A model generated the notes under the pieces. The model was given only the letters and a program-made list of their open reading frames with translations, was not told where the DNA came from and did no database searches. Positions 25,198 through 32,000 of a DNA stretch of 32,000 nt are shown here, one piece after another. The stretch is taken from NCBI GenBank assembly GCA_038889235.1, contig JAWAHN010000002.1, positions 374,356 through 406,355 of the forward strand, given 5' to 3'. Positions within the stretch are counted from its first letter, which is position 1. Every line of letters starts with the position of its first letter. A program made the translations under genes and the position numbers. Source of the DNA: Candidatus Jordarchaeales archaeon (GTDB lineage Archaea; Asgardarchaeota; Jordiarchaeia; Jordiarchaeales; Freyrarchaeaceae).

Positions 25198-25887
25198 TCA
25201 CTTGGCACTTCTAAAAACGCCTGGCTTCTCCTCTATTATGACGCCGCTCCTGTGAAGCTTCTCTATAACCTCCTCAACCTTCTCGGGAGAATACCCTCTT
25301 TCAACAAGCATCTTAACAACATCTGTTTTAGGCGTTGGCACCGAAAACGCGTCAATAACCGCCTTAACTAGACCGGTAGCCCCCCTTGAGCTGGGGGCTC
25401 TCTCAACTGCCACATGACTTGAAACGGTGCACCTGACGGTCCACGGTGAAGGGAAAAGCACCACGCCCTTCAACGTGAGCTGCGGTAACTTCTCCTTAAC
25501 CCACTCGACGTCTAATCCATATCTCTCACACAGCTCTTCAAGCTCATTCAACGATACCTCTCTCTCTGAGCAGTGCTCTACGAGCACCTTCATCAGAAGG
25601 GTTGAACTTCTCACCCCCGCTTTTGGAGGTCTATCCTCAGCCTTCACAGCCTGCTCCCTAATGACCTCCTTCACCTCTGGAGGAGCCGACCTGGCGTTGT
25701 AAAGCTTAACGAGCTCGTTAGCCCTCCTCAAATCTCCAACCACCTGCGCGTGGAGCAAGTCCACTTTTACCACTCTTCCACACCTGGGACACCGTCTGCT
25801 CTTCTGCGACGTTGGAGCGAAAGTGTAACAGTTGCAGTTAGGACACTTAAAGACAGCATACCCGTTCAAGCAACACCCCCCATACAC
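25198..25887 (-). CDS. DUF1922-like Zn ribbon plus winged-helix domain(s)
   Basis: YAVFKCPNC...RRCPRCG...RRANELVK, followed by a C-terminal VEEVIEKLHRSGVIIEEKPGVF winged-helix pattern like the MCM C-terminus. Confidence 0.6.
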   Translation of the reverse strand: MYGGCCLNGYAVFKCPNCNCYTFAPTSQKSRRCPRCGRVVKVDLLHAQVVGDLRRANELVKLYNARSAPPEVKEVIREQAVKAEDRPPKAGVRSSTLLMKVLVEHCSEREVSLNELEELCERYGLDVEWVKEKLPQLTLKGVVLFPSPWTVRCTVSSHVAVERAPSSRGATGLVKAVIDAFSVPTPKTDVVKMLVERGYSPEKVEEVIEKLHRSGVIIEEKPGVFRSAK

Positions 25888-26124
25888 GCGAAACCGACCT
25901 AAGGATCACTTTGAACAGCTCCCCCAGGGTTGGGGGCGCGTAGAAACGAAAATCCTTTGCACAGCTCAAATTTCTGTACAACCTCCATAAAGAACCATCG
26001 AAATTGTCCTCTGTTCACTGTTTAAAATATTTTAACTCTTCTTTTTAACCGATTTATTTTTAGGGTTGTAGTATCCTATTAGAGTAGAGGTGTTGCGCCG
26101 GCTTTCCCTGAGAGGTGTGTATTA

Positions 26125-26649
26125 ATGGACGCCGAAGTTCTCGCCGAGCTTAAAGCATACCTTGACGAGGAGATAGATAGGAAAAGTTACGAGTTAGAGG
26201 TTCTGAAGAAGATCAGGGAACTGGTTGAAAAAGAGCTGAAGGAAGCGAGTTTCAAGTCGGCTGCCGAGCTAGTAGAGCGGAAAGCCGAGGAAAGGGTTAT
26301 ACCATTGCTTTCGAGGGACGGGAAGACTGTGCTTGCTGAAATGCACATAGATAAGAACAGGGTCAGAATAGTTCCCTCAGCAGGGGTTAAGCTCTCCCAC
26401 AGCTCTCCCCCGATAGTGTCCTTCTTGATCGGTAAAGTGTTGAACAGCATGACCGAAGAGGACAAGCGGCTTGCCGACGAAGGGGTGCTGCCGGACGAGG
26501 AGAGAATGAGGTACGAAATTAGCGTTTCGGGGGACGCCATAAAGGAGATAATTGTTACAAATTACAGGAACCAGCAGAGGCTGAACAGGATAAGGGAGGC
26601 GGCAAAGTGGTCCTTCCAAAAAGCGTATGAACAGGCCAGTCAGAAGTAG
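26125..26649 (+). CDS. Conserved hypothetical protein (N-terminal coiled coil plus alpha/beta domain)
   Basis: Clear ATG with upstream GAGGTG and coding-like composition. No recognised catalytic motif. Confidence 0.6.
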   Translation: MDAEVLAELKAYLDEEIDRKSYELEVLKKIRELVEKELKEASFKSAAELVERKAEERVIPLLSRDGKTVLAEMHIDKNRVRIVPSAGVKLSHSSPPIVSFLIGKVLNSMTEEDKRLADEGVLPDEERMRYEISVSGDAIKEIIVTNYRNQQRLNRIREAAKWSFQKAYEQASQK

Positions 26650-26661
26650 TGGGGGAGGGGA

Positions 26662-27270
26662 ATGTTCTACAACTCATTTCCGGGGAAGAACGTCTTCCTC
26701 TTAAGCGAGGAGGAGGCGAGGCTCGTTAAGGACGCTTACAAATTCTTCATCAAGAACGACATCGAAGAGACACTTTCAATATATGCTGCCGCCCTCATCA
26801 AAAGATATGTTAAGGCCGCTGGTGTTCCAAGGGAAAGGGAGGCCGCATACGCCGCAGCAATATACCTTGCAAGTAGGCATCCGTTCTCTTTTCCCAACCC
26901 CGTCTCCAAGGAGGAGTTTGCCGAGAGATTTGGGCTTAAGGCCAGCAGCCTTGAATGGTACACCGAAAGCATGGTTGAAAACCTCGGAATAATAAAGATA
27001 TACGATTACAACAGGTTCCCATATTACATAGATCCTGAAAGCGTGATAGGCGCCGTAATTAGGTCCGTCGTCAAATCCACAGTCGAGGAACTTGGGGTTC
27101 GAGCCCTCCTCGGAATAGAGGCCATAAGCGAGGAGGTTGTGGTTGAGGAACTCGTTGAAAGACTCGTTGATAAGCTGAAAATAGTTCCTCCTGTTTTCAA
27201 AAACGAGATGTACAGAGTTGTGAGGAGCATAATGAGGGAGGAAATGGAGAAGGTGAGGGGGGAGCGTTGA
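26662..27270 (+). CDS. Protein with one TFIIB/TFB-type cyclin-fold repeat
   Basis: AAYAAAIYLASR...PVSKEEFAERFGLKASSL resembles the TFB AAAALYIACR...TLKEIAEVAGVS repeat. There is no Zn ribbon. Confidence 0.55.
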   Translation: MFYNSFPGKNVFLLSEEEARLVKDAYKFFIKNDIEETLSIYAAALIKRYVKAAGVPREREAAYAAAIYLASRHPFSFPNPVSKEEFAERFGLKASSLEWYTESMVENLGIIKIYDYNRFPYYIDPESVIGAVIRSVVKSTVEELGVRALLGIEAISEEVVVEELVERLVDKLKIVPPVFKNEMYRVVRSIMREEMEKVRGER

Positions 27271-28010
27271 AGCTAAAAGTGCCCTCTGTAAAGGTTGATG
27301 GACGGGAAATTCCCCGCGTGTTGCTGGGCACGTCACCTTTCCTAGGCGCCGGGCAGTTCGGCGTGAAAGCATACGAGTACTATAAGAACTTTTTCAGAAC
27401 CCCATCCAACATAACAGAGCTAGTAGCCGGCTGCATAAAGATGGGTGTTAACGGTGTGCAGCTCGTCGCATATCCCCAAATAGGGCGCGCCATAATCGCC
27501 GCCGAAGAAAGGACAGGTGTACGCCTTAAAGTCGTCGGTAGCCTGACGTTCGACGCACCCGACGAAGCCTTGAAGCACCTATCAGAGTTCGACACGGTTG
27601 CCGCGCTACTGCACGGGGAACAGACGGACAAGTTGGACATAAACGAGAGCAAGCTTTGGCTAAAGCGCATAGAAGATGAAGGATATCTCGCCGGAGTGGT
27701 TACACATAACCCTTCCAAGACGCTACCAGTAATACTAGATGAGCTCGGAGTAAGCCTGTTAATGATGCCGCTCAACAAGCTTGGCTTCATGATGGGCGGA
27801 CTGAAAGGGGAGGAACTCATGGAGATAATCGACGAAAATGGTGCCAAAGTTATAGCAATGAAGCCCCTCGCGGCGGGGAAAATTAACCCGAGGAAGGCTA
27901 TGGAATACGTTTTTTCATTCAAGAACGTTGTAGCAGTAGCCGTCGGGGTCACCTCGCTCAAAGAGGCGGAGGAAACCTTCTCGGCAGCACTAACAGTCAT
28001 TTCAAGTTGA
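27267..28010 (+). CDS. Aldo/keto reductase-like TIM-barrel protein
   Basis: IPRVLLGTSPF, MPLNKLG, IAMKPLAAG and VAVGVTS. Confidence 0.7.
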   Translation: MKLKVPSVKVDGREIPRVLLGTSPFLGAGQFGVKAYEYYKNFFRTPSNITELVAGCIKMGVNGVQLVAYPQIGRAIIAAEERTGVRLKVVGSLTFDAPDEALKHLSEFDTVAALLHGEQTDKLDINESKLWLKRIEDEGYLAGVVTHNPSKTLPVILDELGVSLLMMPLNKLGFMMGGLKGEELMEIIDENGAKVIAMKPLAAGKINPRKAMEYVFSFKNVVAVAVGVTSLKEAEETFSAALTVISS

Positions 28011-28024
28011 AACATGAGATATTT

Positions 28025-28040
28025 CCGATGCGCTCATCGG
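28025..28040. terminator. Hairpin CCGATG-CGCT-CATCGG between convergent genes
   Basis: 6-bp stem with a 4-nt loop in the 58-bp gap between two converging stop codons. Confidence 0.3.
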
Positions 28041-28068
28041 CCGCTCACCGCCCGGGAAAAACTTTCAG

Positions 28069-28749
28069 TCACTTCTTTTCTAGAAAAGCTAGCTCGTAGC
28101 AGTAAATAACTCGAGAGACAACGGTCCAAGCCTCAAGAGGCTTATCGTATATAGATATTTTTTCGTCAGCCAGTCTCTCCGTCTGCTCTGAAAACGAGCC
28201 ATGAGGGAAGCCACCCACTATCACTGCTACTCTCTCCAGCGGCGTCAGCCTCCTCATATACTCGTCCAATCGAACCCTCACACCGTCCTCGCAGAATAAG
28301 ATAGTCTTATCCGGCCTTATCTCACTCATCAGGGACGAGAGCGTCATGCTTCTGAGCTTCAGCAGCGGAGCCCCCTCAGGGGGGACTTGCCCGCACTCGT
28401 AAAGCTGCTCTATCAAACCAACGAAGCGATTGTAGTTTTTAGGTATTCTGACCTCGGGGTTGACCTCAATTACTTTGTCGTCTATCGTGTGCACGAAAAT
28501 CCTCAGAAGGTTCTCCATGTTGAGGGGCGTTCTTAAAGCACATAAAAGGGAAACGTGCACTATGTCTGGTCTTCCCCTCTTCTCGCCGAGCGGCAGCCTC
28601 TTAACCAAGTGTGGGAAAAGCGAGGAATCAAGGATCATGCTTGAAGGCTTCCTGCCCCTCCTCTTAGCAATCCTGCGGACAACCGGATTCTTCTGGAGAC
28701 TAGCCGGCACTGTTTCGAGGGCCGACTCAGCCAGTACTAGGAAAAGCAT
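28069..28749 (-). CDS. nep1: 16S rRNA pseudouridine methyltransferase Nep1/Emg1 (SPOUT)
   Basis: LAESALETVP, ILDSSL, GRPDIVHVSLL, TPLN, RIPKNYNRFVGLIEQL and IVGGFPHGSF. Confidence 0.95.
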   Translation of the reverse strand: MLFLVLAESALETVPASLQKNPVVRRIAKRRGRKPSSMILDSSLFPHLVKRLPLGEKRGRPDIVHVSLLCALRTPLNMENLLRIFVHTIDDKVIEVNPEVRIPKNYNRFVGLIEQLYECGQVPPEGAPLLKLRSMTLSSLMSEIRPDKTILFCEDGVRVRLDEYMRRLTPLERVAVIVGGFPHGSFSEQTERLADEKISIYDKPLEAWTVVSRVIYCYELAFLEKK

Positions 28750-28829
28750 TTTTCAACCCCTAAAATCTTCTTTATTAGAAGAAAAGAAAAACTTTGGGCA
28801 CGGACAGGGGTCTGCCTAGGAGGCCGCGT

Positions 28830-29249
28830 ATGGTTCGGATTAAAAAGAAGCTGAGCGCTGAAGAAGTCAGGGAGATAGCATCTAGCAGAATACAAATACT
28901 TATGAAGCTTGCAGACGAGACCTTCTTAGAAAATCAGGAGCTTGCCCAGAGGTACGTGGATTTAGCCAGGAAAATAAGCATGAAGACAAAGGTTAGACTG
29001 CCAAAAGCCTTAAGGCGCAGGATCTGCCGCCACTGCGGCTCTTATCTCTGGCCCGGGGTAAACTGCAGGGTGCGGCTGAGAGTGAACAGGGAGCCGCATA
29101 TCACGGTCACATGCTTGAAGTGTAGGCGCCAGATGAGAATGTACTACAAGAAAGCAAGAAAGAAATGCGTCGCGCGAAACTTAGGCGATCGCCAGGTTAT
29201 CGCGCCCGAAAAGCCGCACCAAACACCCCGAGAAAGCAACGCGATGTAA
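28830..29249 (+). CDS. rnp4: Ribonuclease P protein component 4 (Rpp21)
   Basis: IASSRIQIL, AQRYVDLARKI, RRICRHC, PGVNCRVR and VTCLKC. The ATG at 28830 follows AGGAGG. Confidence 0.92.
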   Translation: MVRIKKKLSAEEVREIASSRIQILMKLADETFLENQELAQRYVDLARKISMKTKVRLPKALRRRICRHCGSYLWPGVNCRVRLRVNREPHITVTCLKCRRQMRMYYKKARKKCVARNLGDRQVIAPEKPHQTPRESNAM

Positions 29250-29365
29250 AACATTTATGTGGCCTCGCAAGATACCTTTTAATTAGGGAAAGTGTCTTCA
29301 ACTAACCTGTGAACAGTCCCCTTAACTCTTGAAAATTTTTCTTTCTACCTTGGAGGTGTAACAAA

Positions 29366-29974
29366 TTGGCCGCCAAAACCGAAGGGGAAGTTAAAGAGGA
29401 GGATGTCCAAGCACTCACGCAGATCCTAGAGTACCTGTTTAAGGTCCCAGTGGAAGAGGAAATAGGTCGCAAGGCAGCGGAAATAGACCACATAGAGATC
29501 GTTGTCAAGTCCCCCATGCAACCACACTTCAAGGGTACTGTTGCAGACAGGTGGATTCCGAGGTTCACCGTGACGGAGTACAAGGGAGAAACGCTGCGCT
29601 TCTATCTCAGAGACCTCTACGAAACAGCTGAGTTCATGAGGACGATTTGGGAGGAAAACAAGCGTCTCAAAAAAATGGCGGAGGAGCTCAAACTAGTAAA
29701 CAACCCCGGGTATCATGGAAAGTACCTCGTCACCTCTGTAGCAGTGTTCTTTAAGGATGGAGGGTTCTTCTATTTCAACTACGACCCCAGAAAGCGCCAC
29801 TACTTCTTCGCCTACCCGAAGAGAGTGGCGCCACGCGAAGTGCCACCGGAGCAGGTGAAATGGGAGGAAAAGCTGAGAAGGCTGGGATACAAGAAGATAA
29901 TTGACGAGAAAAAGATAAGGAAGGTCATGGAACGCTATTTCAAAAGAAAAATGGAGCCATTCATATTCTTCTAG
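29366..29974 (+). CDS. Hypothetical protein
   Basis: 202-aa ORF with coding-like composition and no recognised motif. Confidence 0.55.
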   Translation: MAAKTEGEVKEEDVQALTQILEYLFKVPVEEEIGRKAAEIDHIEIVVKSPMQPHFKGTVADRWIPRFTVTEYKGETLRFYLRDLYETAEFMRTIWEENKRLKKMAEELKLVNNPGYHGKYLVTSVAVFFKDGGFFYFNYDPRKRHYFFAYPKRVAPREVPPEQVKWEEKLRRLGYKKIIDEKKIRKVMERYFKRKMEPFIFF

Positions 29975-30094
29975 TCGATCGAAACAAGACCGGAAGCTGC
30001 CACGTGAATAACAAAAACAGTTTTATTAGAAAGAATAAATATACCCACCATGCTTTTCCTTACTGCGAACACTACTCATGGTTGTTGATCTTTT

Positions 30095-30970
30095 GTGATA
30101 AGAAAAGTCTTGATCATTCACAGAACTTCTGGGGTTCCCCTTCTGGTTGTTAACTTTGAACAGTTGGATAGTAGTCTCGATGACACGCTTCTAAGCGGCA
30201 TGTTGAAAGCGCTAGAGGGGCTCGCTGAGGAGTTAAAGATAGGAAGTTTCAGCTCATTCAAAACGACAGACGCCATTTTCCTCGTCGCCTCCCTCAGCAA
30301 CGTCCTCGTCGTTCTAATGTTGGAGCATGAAGATGACATTGAGTACTACAAGCAGTTTGCCGTAGCGATAGCCTGGGATTTTGAGACCTCCTTCAAGTTA
30401 GAAAAGTGGAACGGCAACGTTGAGAATTTCCTAAAGTTCAGGGACCGGGTCGTCTCCATGCTAGGGAACCTGTCTTGGAAGGAGATGCTCGGAGAGGCGA
30501 GGAGGCTACCGGAGGGAGTTGCAGGCTACGTGGTCTACGATAGGGTTAACCGTCGATTTTGGTCGAATCTAGACGCGAACATAGATGTTGTTGAGTTAAT
30601 CAATTCATGGGAGGGTATGTCGGGAGAGGTCATTGAGGCGAACGATGAAAACCTAATCTACGTTTCTACCAAGTCGAAGCACACACCTTTCGGCGTCATA
30701 GGAATACTCCGCAAGCCTCTTCCGGAGAGGGATGTTGAACGCTACAAGAAGCTGTTTGCGTTTATAGCCGAAAACGCCGACAAAACGTTCAGCCTGGTTA
30801 AGGAGACTTTAAAGGCTGCTGAAAAGCTCTTCGGTAAAGAGGCGGTTGAAGAAGTAAAGAAGTACGATGGGGGTATGCTCCTAGAAGTTTTGAGTCTCCA
30901 CGAGGATCCCCTCACTCTCTTGGACCTCGTGCGAAAAATGTGTGTTCGAGGCGTAGTCTCAATAAAGTAA
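30095..30970 (+). CDS. Longin-like domain protein with a second small alpha/beta domain
   Basis: N-terminal VLIIHRTSGVPLL...DDTLLSGMLKAL...ELKIG...NVLVVLML pattern typical of longin/roadblock-like domains. A second GYVVYD...IYV...GVIGIL unit follows. Confidence 0.6.
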   Translation: MIRKVLIIHRTSGVPLLVVNFEQLDSSLDDTLLSGMLKALEGLAEELKIGSFSSFKTTDAIFLVASLSNVLVVLMLEHEDDIEYYKQFAVAIAWDFETSFKLEKWNGNVENFLKFRDRVVSMLGNLSWKEMLGEARRLPEGVAGYVVYDRVNRRFWSNLDANIDVVELINSWEGMSGEVIEANDENLIYVSTKSKHTPFGVIGILRKPLPERDVERYKKLFAFIAENADKTFSLVKETLKAAEKLFGKEAVEEVKKYDGGMLLEVLSLHEDPLTLLDLVRKMCVRGVVSIK

Positions 30971-30986
30971 AGGTTGGATTGGTGAA

Positions 30987-32000
30987 ATGAGCAAAATAGT
31001 TTTTCTCTACGAGGTGTTAAAGTCCCCTGTTCTCTTCCTTGAACAATTGAGGGTTCTCAACGAGGCAAACAAGTATATGAAGCTCATTGCGGTTGAAGCT
31101 TTAGCCCCAGCTTTAAGCAAGCTTGGGGTTGGAGGAAGCGTAGAACTCAACGCCTTTATGGAAGCGGAGAAATTTGTCGACCGCTCCCTCCTTGCAGAGC
31201 TCCTGGTGCTCGTGGAAGAGGAGGGCATTATTAAGTTAGAGGAAGAGAAAATCACGCTCCTAAAGAAGCCCCAGCAGATTTCTCTCAGCGAAGCAATGGA
31301 CAAAGCGCACCCCCTCCTTAGAGAAGCTTTCGGAACCTTCATGGAGCCGACTATAAGAGTTATCAGGGAGAGACTTTCAGGCAAACCAGCTAGAGATTTC
31401 AACTCAGGGGATCTCAGAGTGCACTGGAGCATAGCCCTTGAAGGTAAATTCTACAGCATTCAAAGGGAGAAAGCGATAAAGTTTGCGAAACTGGTTGAGG
31501 AGGCAAAAAGCCGGAGTGGCACTTTCAGAATCCTGGATTATGGTTGTGGTGGCGGAGCGGGCACAGTGCAACTCTACAACAGTCTTTCCAGAGCAGTTGA
31601 AGACTTCGAAGTCGACGGGTGTGATATTTCAGAAGGGTTGCTTGAGATAGCAAGAGAGGAAGTGGCAGCCGGCCTCCCAATTCACTTCTTCAGCCTGAAA
31701 AAAGAGAAGCCCAAAGAAGGACGGTATGACGCCATATTCGCGTCTCACGTCCTCCACTGGACGGATGACCCTGTCAGGGTGATTGGTGAGCTTAAAAGCT
31801 ACCTTAAGCCCGGTGGATTCATATTCGGTGTTGAGAGCATAATCTCAAAAAGACTCTACCCCATAGACCTGTTTATAAGAATATATGGGGCAAAGGGGTT
31901 CCCGAGCTTCAAGGAACTTCAAAGATGGTTTAACGAAAACCGCATGTCGCTCGAATACGACCCTGTCTGGTTCTCGTTCAAAGCAACGCCGGTACAATTA
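30987..32000 (+). CDS. Class I SAM-dependent methyltransferase with an N-terminal helical/wHTH region; runs off the window edge
   Basis: Not in the ORF track. The frame is open from ATG 30987 to the edge, with ILDYGCGGG (motif I), VDGCDISEGLL and YDAIFASHVLHW...LKPGG. Confidence 0.88.
   Translation, partial: MSKIVFLYEVLKSPVLFLEQLRVLNEANKYMKLIAVEALAPALSKLGVGGSVELNAFMEAEKFVDRSLLAELLVLVEEEGIIKLEEEKITLLKKPQQISLSEAMDKAHPLLREAFGTFMEPTIRVIRERLSGKPARDFNSGDLRVHWSIALEGKFYSIQREKAIKFAKLVEEAKSRSGTFRILDYGCGGGAGTVQLYNSLSRAVEDFEVDGCDISEGLLEIAREEVAAGLPIHFFSLKKEKPKEGRYDAIFASHVLHWTDDPVRVIGELKSYLKPGGFIFGVESIISKRLYPIDLFIRIYGAKGFPSFKELQRWFNENRMSLEYDPVWFSFKATPVQL

Noticed and set aside
546-31432. Numerous antisense or alternative-frame ORFs in the track (for example 546..902, 12644..13234, 26776..27372, 27380..28015, 31007..31432)
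   Set aside because: They are shadows of well-supported genes on the opposite strand or another frame, with Ser/Thr/Leu-biased translations and no motifs.
1-32000. CRISPR arrays, tRNAs, rRNAs, transposases or integrases
   Set aside because: No regularly spaced repeats, cloverleaf T-loop motifs, rRNA signature sequences, or DDE/tyrosine/serine recombinase motifs were seen.

Overview
Gene-dense archaeal chromosomal window. It has GGAGG/GGGG-type RBSs, many TTG/GTG starts, and the archaeal S19e-PDCD5-L39e-L31e-eIF6-L18Ae-pfdA-ftsY cluster. The eukaryote-like content (ubiquitin operon, longin-like and profilin/roadblock-like proteins, a CCDC47-like protein) suggests an Asgard archaeon; this is inference and no phylogeny was run. 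Housekeeping genes are asd, a DhnA-family synthase, purA, pyrG, glyA, copA plus YHS, argF, nep1 and rpp21. Main highlights: (1) a compact RING-Ub-E2-E1 operon whose Ub ends GG-W and whose E2 appears to need a non-AUG start; (2) a two-gene unit encoding a Vps36-GLUE-like PH/Zn-ribbon protein and a protein resembling CCDC47, a subunit of the eukaryotic ER PAT complex; (3) two convergent box C/D guide sRNAs between purA and pyrG whose guides point to LSU rRNA positions also 2'-O-methylated in eukaryotes. Several small ORFs missing from the ORF track were recovered (L39e, YHS, a Zn-ribbon protein, both edge genes). No tRNA, rRNA, CRISPR array or mobile element was seen. All homology calls are by eye from remembered family motifs, not from database searches.
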